A stretch of 64,000 nucleotides of DNA from the human T2T-CHM13v2.0 reference genome, Homo sapiens: the NCBI RefSeq assembly GCF_009914755.1, contig NC_060928.1; one strand, written 5' to 3'. The notes below the pieces were generated by a model, which was given only the letters and a program-made list of their open reading frames with translations, was not told where the DNA came from and ran no database searches. Below, one piece after another: positions 46,169 through 62,065 of the stretch. Position numbers and translations under genes: made by a program. Each line of letters begins with the position of its first letter. The stretch's first letter is position 1.

Positions 46169-47598
46169 TTAATGAGTCTCAGGCATTTGGGATAGTGGCT
46201 GAGTTGTTGGAGTAAGTGCGGGTATCTTCCTAAGGAGAATTTTTTGAATAGGAAGGGCAATATTAACTTATATGCATATATTTTGATGTATTAATTAAAT
46301 TATTTCATTATTTTTAGTGTTATTTTCAGTAAAACTTGGTGTTGAGAGAGTGAGTCCCTAAATCATTATCATGGAAGAGTTGAAGTAAACACTTAGAACT
46401 ATATAGTTCTTAGAACATATAGTTAGAACTATATGGTATAAAAACATTATGTGAAAAAGGATAGGTAGAAAGGACCATAGTGAAGAATGAAGTTAGTGAT
46501 CTTAGAGTTAGCTGTCACTTCTCTCTTAAACTATTAAACAGATGCTTTGCCTGATTCAGCTTTTACGTGAAGGCTTTTTGCAGGCTGTTAACAGGTACTG
46601 AAGTCTCCATTTTCTCCCTCTTGCTTTTGGATGTCTTAAAGAGGGTATTAAAAAAAACTTGGAAAATAGTTTCCTTAACATTGAGAGACACAATTACATT
46701 TTCTGCTTTGATGTTTTAATTATCAATAAAGATTTCAGTACACTTTGCAACTGTGCATTACTTTAGAGCCTTGTGTGTTGGAAGCTAAATTATCGTACTT
46801 TAATATGGAAGGGTTTTGTAAGACTTCCTCCTCCCCAAACAAAACAAAACAAAACAAAACAGAGGCTTTCTATTTTTGGAGGTTTATTCATGAGAAAAGG
46901 GATTGGTTGGCTGTTTCTTTCCATGTTGGATAAGCAGTTCCCAACTTAAAAATACTTAATTTACAAATATCATTGAACATCAAGTCCCTGGTCTGGCCTC
47001 ATTTCCCTTGCTATGTGGCTGGCACAGCGCACATATGTCTGATTCTCCCCTCTTCCCTTATGATTGTAGCATAGCTTTGTAAATCTGTTAGCTTGGAACA
47101 GTACACGGAAGGGGAATTACCCATTTTTGTTGCTGAGACCAAATTGGTGGGACTCTGCTTCTCAGTTGGAAATGTTTCCACTTAGAAACATTAAGAACTT
47201 TCTAAGATAATTGTTCAAAAAAAATCCAGTAAACACATAGCAACACTTACGTCTCAAATGAACATTTCCTTTTTGAAAGTAGTGCTTTGGAGGTTATACT
47301 TCTGGGAAGTGATAGCTTTAATGAACCTGCTTTTAGAGTTCCTGTTTTGGAATTTACTTTCAGAATATTCTCTTTTGGGTATTTTGAAAACTAGAAAACC
47401 TTTTTCTTGACAGGTTGTGAGATATAGGGAAAGATAGAGTTCTTTGGATTTGGACAGACGTGGGCTGAATTTCAACAAAACAGTTAACCAGGTGTTTAAC
47501 CTTGGGCAAATTGCTTTTCCTATGAGAATCTTGGTTTAGTCATCATGAGAAGTGGTAGTATGAGACTAACACAGCATTTGAATTAGATAATCAAGTAA

Positions 47599-47944
<346 letters not shown>

Positions 47945-48067
47945 TAAATGCTCTATTTCCACTTTATCCTCTCTCTTTGTATTTTAGACTATATTTGGTT
48001 TTGGAATCAGTCAAAAGATTTAGAACAAAGTCTAATTTTCATTCTAAATGAAAGACTGATATTTTTG

Positions 48068-48228
48068 GGCCAGGCATGTTGGCTCATGCCTGTAATCCCA
48101 GCACTTTGGGAAATTGAGGCATGAGGATTGCTTGAGCCCAGGCATTTGAGGCTGCAGTGAGCTATGATTGCGCCACTGTGCTTCAGCCTTGGCAACAGAG
48201 TGAGACCTTGTCTCTTAGGAAAATAAAA
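48068..48228 (+). mobile_element. Alu monomer (FRAM/FAM-like)
   Basis: Single ~150-bp monomer; TSD gatatttttg. Confidence 0.8.
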
Positions 48229-48800
48229 GATATTTTTGATAACTGTTAAGGTATCAGTAATATAACAAAAAGCTAGACTTAGATTTCAGGAGACTTAGCA
48301 TTGAATTCCGACTGTGTCGTTTATTAACTAATTACTGTAGGCACCTTACTCCTCTCTGTCCATGATAGTATTTAGTTATCTATTGAGTTACAAATATGTG
48401 CCATACTCTGTTAGGTGTTTTATACATTGATATATCATGTAATTCTAACAATAACCTTGCAAGGGTGCTATTATTTCCATTCTACAGGTGAGGAAATTAA
48501 GGCAAAGTAGTTACAACTTTCCCGAAGTTATATAGTAAGTGGCAGGGTGAGAATGAATTGAAAGTTCTTTTTTTCTCTATGGAGTATTCAACCTTTCTCA
48601 TCTGTAAAATTGTGAAACTTACTTTATTTTGCATGATTGTTGTTAAAAGTCCTTGTACTGAGAGAGAAGTAAAACAACGTATTGCACTTGGATCAATGCC
48701 TGGAACTAACAACAATATTCTCTTTATTTCTCTAGTGTTGATATAGTTAAGATAGTATTAATCATCTTTGTTCACTGTAGCTTGTGTTTGGTTGTAGCTT

Positions 48801-48891
48801 TTATTGTGGTAAAATATACGTAACATAAAATTGATCATTTTAACCGTTTTTGAGCATACAATTCAGTAGCACTGCGTACATCATAATGTTG
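48801..48891 (-). mobile_element. ~90-bp L1M 3' tip with a perfect 12-bp TSD
   Basis: ttattgtggtaaaatatacgtaacataaaattgatcattttaacc, flanked by TGGTTGTAGCTT at 48789-48800 and 48892-48903. Confidence 0.8.
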
Positions 48892-49375
48892 TGGTTGTAG
48901 CTTGGAATTACCATATTCTGCCTTCCAAAACAACACAAAATAAATAGAAATAAGCAAAGCTCTTCCGCTGCTCTGTGCTCATAACGTGGTTAATGAAAAT
49001 GTTAGTAGCATGAGCTAGGGTCTCAAAAGGGCCAGTGCTGCTTGGAATCCTGGTTCTTAATTATTTTGGTCACTTTGGTTTCACTTGTATAAGTCAGTGA
49101 GATTTTTATCATCTTTGGAGAGAAGTTGAAAACTGCTTCTGTGATTTTATATATGTGTGTACCCAAATCTTTTGCTTAAGACATTTTTCATTAAATTTTC
49201 AATAGCATCCCTGGAAACCAGGAGTCAAGAAATTTGCATGCACCTGTTAACTTTCTTTTTCTGCACCTAGTCAACTATTTTCTAAGATAATGATAGATGC
49301 TACAATGTTATATACAGAAACATCATTGTTTTCTAGGAATTTACAGTATAAAACAGTAGAGAAAATTAGAAAGCC

Positions 49376-49702
<327 letters not shown>

Positions 49703-50090
49703 AAAAAAATTAGATAGCTGTCAGTGAATATAGAGATAAATACAGCTGTATGAATACACCTACTCGCTTATTTAGATACACTGAAGGAGCATATTGGTTA
49801 ACCATGAATATAAGTGTAGATACTTTTTGGATAGAGGAGTATGTTAGTAAATGAATTGCATATTAATAAGACAGTTGCTGAGGTAGAGGCATTACCTTCT
49901 GGTTCCCACCTATAGAGAGGCTCTGAGATCAGCAGGAATTTAAGTTGCTTGGTGGTGGTGTGGTGGGGTACAGGTGGGGAAATATGTAGGAGTGAAATAA
50001 TCAGAATATGGTAACTTTTTAAATGTCTCTGGAAGGTGGGAAGGGACCTAAGGAATTGAGTTTGTATGATAGTCTGTTTAAAGCATTTGA

Positions 50091-50462
<372 letters not shown>

Positions 50463-53400
50463 TTAGGGGAACTTTTAGCTAACAATCAGGGAAACTACTT
50501 TGTTTTTGCTAGGGTCCAGGTAAATTAGCAGGTACTTCTTATGCAAAGTGAGTGATTACAGAGATTCAGAGTTCTAAGAGGCAGTCATCAGTCAGAAGGA
50601 GTTTTCAGCAAAGGTCCTGTATTTTCTGTTTAGAATAGTACTTAAGCCATAATTAGAGAACATCTGCAGTGGTTTCTCAGCCCTCTGTTGGTAAAGTCTG
50701 TCTCCTTTAATTGTTGAACTTTTGAAAAGTCTGAATAGATAATCAGAGATTATCTAGAGTCTTCTTCCTGCATTTTTATAGCATTCCTGGTATAGCATTT
50801 GGTATATCTAGTCCAGTTACAACTTTCCCTTTCTTATTTGCTGTTCTAGCATGTAATATATGCTCTCAATAAATATTAGTATTTTTTGAATGCCTATCAT
50901 CATGTAACAGGTAACATGTATAAAAGGCTGAAACTCATTTTTCTCTAAAAAATATGCAGCAGCTTTTATTATTTATGCATTACTCTTTTTGGAGAAATAG
51001 CCATTAATCCTGTTATGTGCTAGGTGTTTGTAGTATGCTAGATACTGGAAATATAAGGGAATACTAGGAATATGAAAAAGACTTTGCCCTAGAGAGGGTA
51101 TCAGAAGAGAAGGAAGACATTATTCACTTTCCTTTTGAGTTTGAATCAGGTCTTTGATATATTGAAAAATGACACCTGAAAATTTTCTCGAGAATTTACT
51201 CTGAAAATACTCACGTTGAATATTTGAAGTATTGAAGTATTTGATTCGGTAAATGCTTGAGCGATTAGTGGAAGTACTAAATACAAACAATACTTATTTA
51301 AAAAGTTCTCTCAGTGGTAGTAATGAAGAAAATCCTAATCATGAGATTCACTAAATAGTTGCCAGCGTGGTAAGCCAAGTTCTCGGCGGCATATGCTGTT
51401 AAACACTGTTAGTGGGCTGCAGTCCTTAGTTTGTGATTGAGTCACCTGGCTCCCCTTCTTAGTTGTTCTTTTCTGCATGAAATTTGCTGACTTAAATAAT
51501 ATTATAGGAGGGAACCTAGCTCTAAAGACTTCACTTACTTTTTTCAGCTTCATTTCTTTCTTAAGCTCTTAATTTCATAAGTTTCTGAACTGTATTCCCC
51601 ACATATATCAATTGACTAGGATGACAAAGTATAGAATATGCCATATTTATTCCTCTAGTGAAGGCAAAGGGAATAGCATTTGATGCATTTTGTAATTCTG
51701 TGTTTGGTGTGGCTCAGCTAGATAGATGAAAATGTACCTTGTTTTACCTAGGATGACTTTTAGGCCTGAAATGCCAGTCATATTTGTCTGTTTTCTCTTA
51801 ATATATTTAGTTCTCACTTCAATATGATCTTTTATTTCTGTCCCCACTATCATTTCTATAGTTTATATTCTATTACTTCTTGCCTAGACTGTTGTGATAG
51901 GCATTCTTTGGTAGCAAACATATGCTGTAGATTAAAAATGAAATGGACACATTCACCTTTGATTGCTACTTCACCTGTCTTTTGCTGGTGTTTCTTCTTT
52001 CCATTGGGGAGTACTGTTGGTATAGCAGAGGACAGTTCTTTGTTGTGTGGGACTTGTCAGGCTTGTGCATTGCAGTTAACTCAGTATTCTTGCCCTCCAC
52101 AACACCCCCGCCATTGACCGCCAGTAGCAGCTGAGAGAGGGTGAGTGAGCAGGGAGGAGGCCTTACCACTCTCAGTTGAGAACTAGCCTGCTAGCCAGTC
52201 TGTGCTTATTGTGGGTTCCAGAGCTCATCTTATTTCCTGTTTATGTTTATTCTTGTTTTCCCTTTTTCTACTCCCAATTACCAAAATCCAGTTTCACTTT
52301 CATAAGGTCACTGAAAATGCAATTGCTTACATGTAAAAGTCAGGCAAAGTATGTATTAGATTTGGTAACATACAATAATAATTTACATATAAGATGTATA
52401 ACAGTAGTAATTATATATAGTAATATAGTATTATACTATGTATAGTAACTATACATAGTAATATTGTATAGTAATCAATAAAACAGACTTTATTTTCGAC
52501 TTCATGGAGTTTTCACTCTATCACGAGAGTATGAGAGCCTTAAGCACTGTCTTAAATATTTTAAAGTTCCCCTTGGTTATTTTTGTATGGTATGTTGCAT
52601 ATTTTGTTCAATAAGTATTTAAACAATAATATATGACAGTGAATAGAATTTATACTTTAGGCCTGGGGAATACTGAATAGTTTTAAGCAGAAGAGTAATG
52701 TTATTAGATTTCTACTAACTACTTAGGTTTAAATTCAGTGTTAAAAGGTGAGTTTTGTTAATTTCTCCATCCTGCTTTTCTAATCAGCCAAATTATTTCT
52801 TGAAAAGCTTTTTTCTTTCAAACATTTTGGAAATCCAATTAGGTAAGTAATTTAGTAAACAACTATATTTATATTGAAAGTCCTGTTAGATAAGTAATTT
52901 AGTAAACAAATATATTTTGAGCACTTACTGTGTGCCAGATACTGGTTTAGGCACTGGGCAAAGAGGAATGATCAAAACAAAGCCTGTGATCTCACGGTTG
53001 CATTATGGCGGGAGAGTTAGTAAGCAAACGAATCAACTCATATACTGCCCTGTGATAAAGTGCTGTGAAGAAAAATTAAACAAGTAGAAAGAGTGAAGGA
53101 GAAGGCTATCTTACATAGGGAAATAAGACAGCCTCTGAGGAGGATCATTTAAGTTGGAATGAAAGGAGTTAACCAACCATGGATATATTTGGAAGAAAGA
53201 GCTTTGCCAATGGAGGAAACTGCAAGTTAGGGCTTTCAGTGAATAATTTATTAATGTTTTTTTCTCCTTGATTGTCACTTTAGGATAATCTGTAGATCCC
53301 TCCATGATCTGGCCTTCGCTTATACTTTTTCTGTTAATTATCTAATTAAGTGGGAATAATGCCTACTTTGTGGGCAAAGTGAAATGTGTAACACTTAATT

Positions 53401-54341
53401 TTTATATAAGTATATTTTATGCAATATAAATACAAGGATGCTCCATATTCATAGTTATTATCACCCTTTTGTTATATAATAATCATTAGCTTATGTTCTT
53501 GCCTATCCCTGTCTTCCTAGAGAGCACTTGCTCATCTTTCAAGAATCAGTGTAAATGTCACTTTCTCTTTGAAGCCTTTCTTGCTGTGCATGTAGACATG
53601 ACTATTCCCTTAGTTTTGTCACCATTGTTTATTTGTATATCTGTCATTGTATCTGCCATCTTTATTTATTTGTTTTTACCTTTTGTGTACCCAGCTTCTA
53701 ACCTAGACTCTGGCATTTAGATATTTGCTACATAAATGAATTGTATTTAGAAGCTAATTCATTTGGCTTCTAATATTTACATATACTTAAACCATTCAAC
53801 AAATATGTCACTGTGGTAGATACTGAGAATAAAAAATTAATACAATGCATGTTCCCAATCAAGTTTAGGGTAAAGTTACGATACAATATAATATACTTAA
53901 TATAATGGTTTGTTCAAGGGGAGTGTAAATTAAAGTGGAGATAGATTATCTAAAGGAAAAGTAAGGCAGGAAGTATAGATATGTATTCTAGATTGTGAAT
54001 ATCATTCCACAGGTGTCTGATGATCTCCTTCCACGGGGCACATTTATGCTTCTTGGTGCAGTCAGCTTCTCAGCCAGGTCCTGGCAATATCTGTGATAGC
54101 GGTACTTAATTCTCTGATGCTGGTGACACTGACCCATTTATGTTCGTTATACTGACACTTGAGCATAGATTTGGAGTTGTGAATACTTAGAATCCCAGTT
54201 GTCATTTCTAGGAGTGTGATCTTAAGCAAGTTACTCATGAGTCTTACTTCCTCATCTGGAAAATAGAGATATTATCTGCCCCATACAGGGTTGCAGGAAA
54301 TAAATTATGAAGATAAAATAGTATTGGTTTCTAGAATGTAG

Positions 54342-54728
<387 letters not shown>

Positions 54729-57700
54729 TAGAACCATACTGAGCATTTGGCTCTAATTACAGGAAAACAAGGTGAAATTTAATAATGGTGTTGATAGCTG
54801 ACTTGGGTTAGGTCTCATTCTGTTGCAGCTGGTTTCTTTTCCCTCAGCGCAAAGTGCTGCTGTTAATCCAGAGAAAAGAATGCTTAGCATATAATACTCA
54901 AAAGCTGTATCACACTATGTTGCATTTAACACAAGGTGAGGGCACTGAGGGGAGGACATTTGTCTTAGTTGTTGCCTTGTGTGCCCAGCACCAAGCACAG
55001 AGCCTGACGTATTATAGGCACTGCATATCGTGTTTAAATTAGCGAGTGAATTCTGTTTAGATGAGGAAGATGTACTAGTATGGAGTACCTGATGTCCACT
55101 GGGGCATTTTGGGTAGCTAAAGAAAGTGTCTATAAAATATAAGCAAAGGAGAACAATATTGGTAGCAGTTGCCTTTCAAACCATTATAATTATAGGCACA
55201 GACCTTTTTTAGCAGGTTGTATATTTTAAAATAAGTATAGGCCAGCTAATTTGAGTTAAAATGATCACATGTGCTGAATTAACTAGAAGGTAAACAACTA
55301 AAAACGAAAAGAGACATTAGAACAGGTAATAGAGTTCAGAATTCACAGCTATTCTAAATTAGATTTGTAAAAGCCTTGAGTCTTACTTTAAAGGAAATAA
55401 AATTTCATGTGAAGAAATGGATCACTGTTGCCATAACTTCAACTCCTGTCTTTCCTCTGCTGCTCAAACTTGGCAAAACACCAAACCCTAGAGCAGTCTC
55501 ATCATCTACCGTTTCTGTTCCTTGGAGGCATGGTCTGTTGAGTGCTGCCAGGCTGACTGTCAGCTGTGTCTCTCAGTCTTGTCACCATCCTATTCCACTG
55601 TCACCAGAGGGATCTGGTGAATTGCCATCATCCCATTCCATTGTCACCAGAGTTATCAGATTTTAAATGAATCTGATTGTGTTATTCCCCTCCTTGAAAT
55701 CCATTAATAGCTTCTCAGTGTTTTTAGGATAAAAATCCAAATATCCTGGTATGAGAAACAGAGCTTTTAGAGATCTGGCCTTTTAGCAGTCTCTACCTGA
55801 TCTTCTTTTTTCTGTATGTTGGTATCTTTGTACTACAGACATATTAAACCACTTGCATTTTTCTGAATGTTTTATGTTTTTTTTTTTATGTCACTGAACG
55901 TATGATGCTGCTTCTAGGCATGCTGTTCTCTCTTCTCAAGGTTGTCAGCTACAGATGATTTAAAATTCTTTAAGTTTACCTCTAGAAAACTTTTACCTAA
56001 CATGATACATTGTAGGAGTCTACATGTCTTCCTTCTCACAAAACTGTGAGCTTTTTTGAGTATGGATACTCTCTTATCTCTTTAATTCCTAATGCCTGTC
56101 ACTGCCTTGCACAGGATAGAAGCCTAGAAGTTTGTAATTTAGTTAATATATGAAGTAACAGAATTTATCAGAGGCTTAAAATATGTTCAGCTAAAATGGG
56201 TATTATGTGAGAAGTGGAGAAACATGGTCCCTGCCCTGTTCATAATCTTAGTTGTGTGGACAAAAATGACACATAAGCAATTAAAGCTTAATCGAGTACA
56301 GCATTAAGTGAGGACTTAGGTAGAATGATTAGAAAATGAAGATAAAATCGAAAATTTCAAATCCCTTGACATTTCATATCTGCTTTTCACTTTCCCCTTA
56401 AATGTTTACCACTACTAACATGCCTATACCGTTTACTTATTTATCTTGTTAGGTTCATAGTCCCCAGTAAAATATAAGTTTTATGAGGATTTTTGTCTGT
56501 TTTGTTCACCATGGTATTTCTGGTGCCTGACATTTGGTAGGTGCTCATTAGATAGTTGTTGAGTGGATTGAATGGAGTGCAGAGAAGGAAGTGATCACTA
56601 GGAAATAGTGTTTATGAAAGACTTCATGGAGAAGTATTAACATCTTGAAGTAGACTTGAGAGAGAGTATTTTATTAGATTAGCTAGTGTTTATGAAATAC
56701 GCCTATTTAAATAATTACCAATTTTATTTTCCTATGACTTTTTCAAGTCATGTTGCTCCTAATTTCTCTTAAAGCTTCCTGTGGTTATATGGTCCTCACT
56801 GTTGACTCCTCTTAGAGACTTTCACAACAAGGCCTATTTAACCAGAGTGAGAGATGCTGGCCCTTTCCTTATATACCAGTTGGAATGAACACCTTCACTT
56901 TATTCTTTAGCAGATTAAACTATGTGTAAAAAATAGGTCTGCTGGAGGCAACTACGTATTATATACAGATCTTTACACTATATGTTGTTTTGGTACCTGA
57001 GCTCTTATCTTCTATTTTGCATCTTTTAAATAATTGCAAATAAATCCAAACTTACGGGCACATCAGGGTCTTGATTGTTCTGTGAATTAGGGATCATGAT
57101 TGACCATTATGCCTCCGAGTTCTTGGATTTTAGCAAATCTTGACTGGCGTTCCAAATATTTGTATGTACACGTATTTATATATCACACAGAACTTATAAT
57201 TGCATTTCCTACTTTTATAGTTTCCTTTCTTTTCTGATTACTTCCCTTCTAAGACTAAAGAAATTAAAATTAGATTTTGAATTAAAACTATTAAAAATGT
57301 TAAAACACCAAAATATTTTTTCAGCTGTAATTGGAACATGTTAGGTAATATCAGTTTGACTTTTTTTTTTTTTTTTTTAGAAAATAAAATTATCTGTGGG
57401 CCTCAAATATTGGCTTCTCTTCTCCCAGCTTTTTTTCTCCTAAGCACAGAATTAGATATTCTTAGGCCCTTATAGCTGCAATAGATCTTAGTAAGTATCT
57501 CTACTTGCTTTATTTTAGGGATGAGGCAACTAAGATGCAAGGACAAGTGATTTGTCCACAATTAACTAATGACAGCTAATTGATAGTAGGGCCAGATGAT
57601 AGACTATCGATGAGATAACTAAGCTGTGGCTAACCTCTGTCTTATGCTAACCACTTTCAACTTTAAGGCCATACTATTTCTGGAAATATATGTGGTTCTG

Positions 57701-58635
57701 ATGGCATTTTAAAGAAATGTTATTGTAGTGACTTGATAGAAGAGAAGTAAGTTCCTAGAATTTTGTCAGTCCGCCAGTCAGCCAGACTGGGTATAAGTGA
57801 AGCTGCGGCAGTACTTTCCCATTTTGGTATATAGGTTGTTAGCTAGTTATGTGCACAGGAAGTAATTTCCATCAGTCATGTTAAGCCATTGAAAAATGTT
57901 TCATGCTTTCTAACTTAGTTTTTGACAACCTGAATGTGAGGATTCACATATATTCCATAGGGAAAGGGTTGACCAGTAAATGTGTATTAAAGATAACATG
58001 AAGAACAAGATTTAAAAACATCTGGTTAGTCTTTTTCTTTTGTTTGTTGTTGTCATAGTTGAACCTAAGAACTTACGTATTTTGAAAAAAGCTATATGGG
58101 TAGACTCTTGGATTATCTTAAATAGAAAAATGGAAACAAAAGGGTCATGTGACTATTTTACATTTCCTTTCCCTTTTTTTGGTGATATTTTCTAGGACTC
58201 ATTTTGATTAAACTGGATTGTGCAAAAATAGCACTTTGTATTCTGTGATTTTTTAGTGTTTTTTTTTTTTAATGGAAGGAGATCATTTGTTTTTTTGGTA
58301 GGGGGAATGATTAGTAAATCATGATTAGTAAATATTCAGGTTGGATAAGAAGAAATGGTTAAAGATGTAGAGATTTTAGATAACCTGAAGTTAGTACTGA
58401 CATAACTCCTGGTTGTAGTTGCCTGATGTTAATTAAATTGGATTATTTCTTTTTAGTCAGTTGTGTTCATATATTATACTTTTGATGTGAAGAATATTCT
58501 GTTAGACGTTTTAAAGTCTCTTAGTTTAACTTAGTCTGAAGTTTAATTCTGTTGGTTTTCTTTTAAATTATACTCTCTAACTATAGCCTTTGTTTTGGTA
58601 TGGCAAGTTAGTAATTGCCCTTTGTTCTCTTTCAG

Positions 58636-58766
58636 ATCCCTGCATGTCACTGAGTCCACCATGCTTTACAGAAGAAGACAGATTTAGTCTGGAAGCTCTT
58701 CAAACAATACATAAACAAATGGATGATGACAAAGATGGTGGAATTGAAGTAGAGGAAAGTGATGAA
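58636..58766 (+). CDS. STIM2: STIM2 exon 2 (131 bp): luminal Cys pair and canonical EF-hand
   Basis: Acceptor tttgttctctttcag|ATCCC and donor GATGAA|gtaggt. Encodes DPCMSLSPPCFTEEDRFSLEALQTIHKQMDDDKDGGIEVEESDE with the EF loop DDDKDGGIEVEE. Phase is compatible with exon 1. Confidence 0.97.
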
Positions 58767-59033
58767 GTAGGTGGAAAAATGTTTTCCTTGCTATTGTCTT
58801 AGAACAGAATGACTGCATTTCTGTTTCTGGTCTTCAATTTTCTCTTTCCTCATGTGGCTCATTGCCTTCATCTTCAACATCTTTAATTTTTCTTTTTACA
58901 TGTTAATTTTACCCTTAATAAACATTTACATGGTTTTTCTGTTTTTCCCCCCATTTGGATATAAGTCTTCCCAGTTGTATAAAAATTTTCCATCTCATGT
59001 TCCTGTATTTCTCAAACATGTATCCTATTCTGA

Positions 59034-59505
59034 CTGTATTTTATCTATTGTTGCTTTACAAACCACTCCAAATGTAGTGGTTTAAAATGACAACAGTTTA
59101 TTATTTCTCCTGATTCTGTGGGATCACTGGCCCCAGCTGAGCAGTTTTTCTGTACCCTTAGATATGGGCCGAGGTCACTATGGAAGTTGCATTCTCTTGG
59201 GAGCTCTGTTGGGGCTGGAGTATCTAAGACAGCCTCTTATTCTGCATAATGTCTTTCTATGTTACCTCTCATCATTCAGGAGCCTAGCTCAAACTTTATT
59301 ACAGCACGGCAGCTAGTGTTCCAAGAGGGTAAGTTCCCATGTGCAAGTGTTTATCGTGCCTCTGCTTGCCAGTGGTTGCTAATTTATTGGCCAAGACAAG
59401 TCATTTGGCTAAGCTCAGAATCTGTGTGGAAGAAGATTCTACAAAGATATAGATAACCAGGAAATGTGATTCCTTGGAGACCACCAGCATGGTAATTTAC
59501 TGTAC
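59034..59505 (-). mobile_element. Old MLT1-type LTR
   Basis: tgtattttatctattgttgctttacaaaccac...gtttattatttctc...attggccaagacaagtca. Confidence 0.65.
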
Positions 59506-60037
59506 CCACTGTCTTTAGTTTTTAAGCATTCCCATTTACCCTACCGGTCTGGTTTCTGTCTTAGTTTCTCCCTAAAAGTTGGCTTCTTTGAGTGTTGTCT
59601 CATTCTAACCAAATCCCCTGGTCATTTTTCAGGCCTCTTCAGTCCCTTTGTTGGATTTGTCACTGTTGAATTGCTTCTCTTTCAGATTATATTATAGTAA
59701 ATTACATTATTTTCTACATTATTATCTCGTGATGTAACAGTGACAGTGTCTAGTAACATTGTTATCTAACGGAGACATTCTCTGAAGATCACTTCTTGGC
59801 TTGCTATACAAAACGTTTATTTGAGAATGCCCATCTGTTTTCAGATTGCCCTGATTCCTCTATCTCTAGGCCAGTCTAGATCCCTGACCTTTTGCTTTCT
59901 GCCTGATGTTTTTAGAGGGCTCTTACTGTTGCTTTAAATTTAGTATGTGTAAAACAAAATCTCAGTTTTGCTATTTTAAATCTCTTGTTGTTCAGTTGCA
60001 CCTCTGGACCTATTTCTCGATTCTTCTTCTTCTAAAG

Positions 60038-60739
60038 TAGATGTTGGCAGACTTTTTCTGCAAAGGGCCAAGATATGGGTTGAAATGTGTTCTCTAAAAA
60101 CATGTTGAAGTCCTAAACCCCAGCACCTCAGAATGTGACCTTATTTAGAAATAAGGTCATTGCGGATGTAGTTAAGATAAAGTCATACTGGAGTTGGGTG
60201 GGCCTGTAATTCAATATGACTAGTGTTCTGCTAAGAGAGGAGAACGCCATGTGGAGTCACAGAACAGGAGAGAAGATGACTCTGTGACAGTGGAGGCAGA
60301 GATTAGTTTTATATAACTGCAAATCAAGGAATGCTAAGGATTGCTGCCAATACCAGAAGCTAAGAGAAAGGCATGGAACAGATTCTCCCCTAGAGCCTTT
60401 GAGAGAGCATGATTCTGTGGACACATTGATTTTGAACTTCTTTCTAGCCTTCAGATCTGTAAGAGAATAAATTTCTATCGTGGTAAGCCATCCAATTTAT
60501 GGTACTTTATTATGGCAGTACTATAATGAATGGAAACGAATACAGGCCAGTTGGCAAATTATTTAGCTTTAGTGGGCCATGCAGTTGCTGTTGTAACTAT
60601 TCAACTCCGCCACTATAGTGTGAAGCGGCCATAGACAGTACAAGAACTAACGGGCATGGCTGTTTTCCAATAAAACTTTATTTGCAAAAACAAGCAGCCA
60701 GCCATATTTGGCCTGCATGCTGTAGTTTGCCAACCCCTG
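60038..60739. mobile_element. MER58A-like hAT DNA transposon split by an MLT1 LTR
   Basis: gttggcagactttttctgcaaagggcca...ccaataaaactttattt...gtagtttgccaacccctg, with terminal inverted repeats. Confidence 0.8.
60071..60544 (+). mobile_element. MLT1B/C-type LTR
   Basis: gaatgtgaccttattt...agattctcccctagagcc...gaaacgaataca; TSD GGCCA. Confidence 0.85.
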
Positions 60740-61559
60740 CTGTAAATTAAGCTCCTGTGTTCTTAAAATATGTTCCTTTTTCTTCCTTTCCCCACTACCT
60801 TTTATCCATTCTAGTTATTTGCTTGTTCTGTTCTAATCTAGGTATTTATAATCTTGTGTCTAGATTACTGTCTCTAAGTTTTTCCTTTCTAATCCATCAT
60901 GATTATCACTTTGAGAGTGTGATAGCTAAGAGACTTAGTGATTTCTAATTGCTTATTAGGTCAGATATTAAATCTTCAGTCTTATAATATCTCTGCATCA
61001 GTTGATTTCTGCTATTTATCATGATTAAAATCATTCGATTAGAGCTCAGTCAGTACCAGCGATACCAAAATCATTACTTTCGATTCAAAGTAGATCAATT
61101 TATTTATTTCTAGAACCACCGACTATATGATAATTCTATCTTACATAGCTTCCAACTTAAAAAGTATTTGAACTGTATATTCTGTTGGTCATAAGGAAGA
61201 GTGAGGTAAAACTGATGGATTATTAAGAGTTTTATTGTTATTGGAAAACAACGTAAACTAGTTGTCATTTATTGTGGGCCGTTTTATTAAAATGAGTGGA
61301 TAATTCATTATCTCAACATCATTATCATTACTCCTTTTCTCTGTTTGTATTATATTTTTATATTTATATTTTTATAAAATAGAGGTAATTTATAGAGGTA
61401 ATTTATTCTCTAAACCAAAGAGATTTTCTAAAATTATTATTGTACATTTTCTTAGTCATTTACAATATGACAGGATTAGCTTTGTCAAACAAATTCCATG
61501 TCAACTCTGAGAGTATACAGTGTTAAGTAGATGAATGCTCTGTGCATTTTAGATTTTAA

Positions 61560-62065
61560 CCCAAAAACTGAGCTTCTGCAGTTTCAATGACTTGCTAAAA
61601 TGGCTCACAGAACTCAGGAAAACACTTTACTGGTTTATTTTAAAGTATACAACTCAGGAACATCCAAATAGAAGAAATGCATAGGGCAAGGTATGGGGGC
61701 GGTGTGCTCAGAGCTTCCATGTCTTCTTCATTCCACCCTCCCAGCACCTTGATATGCCCACCAGCCTGGAAGCTCTTTGAATCTTGAACCTTGTAACAGA
61801 GTTTTTGTAGAGCTCAGTTTTCCTGGAGGTCAGTGGGTGGGACTTAAAGTTACAACCCTCTAATTACTTGGTCTTTCTAGTAACCAGCTTTATCCTGAAA
61901 CTATTTAGGGCCCTATCCTAAATCACTTTGTTAGCATAAACTCAGGTTGGTGTATGGGGGCAATAGTGAATAACAAAAGACTCACCTATCAGGAAATTTC
62001 CAGGGTTTTAGGATCTCTGTGCCTGGAACCTAGGACAAAGACCAAATATATTTCTCATTATATAT
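61560..62065. mobile_element. MER21-like LTR fragment
   Basis: tggctcacagaactcaggaaaacact...gcatagggcaaggtatgggg...ggacaaagaccaaatatattt. Confidence 0.7.

Noticed and set aside
55586-55652. Short tandem duplications (also ~5110-5162, 20893-20926, 34463-34499, 58306-58333, 61379-61406) considered as a repeat array
   Set aside because: Each is an unrelated two-copy local duplication with no shared repeat or spacer architecture, so this is not CRISPR-like.
58590-58802. 70-aa ORF spanning exon 2
   Set aside because: Only 58636-58766 is exonic; the flanks are intronic read-through.
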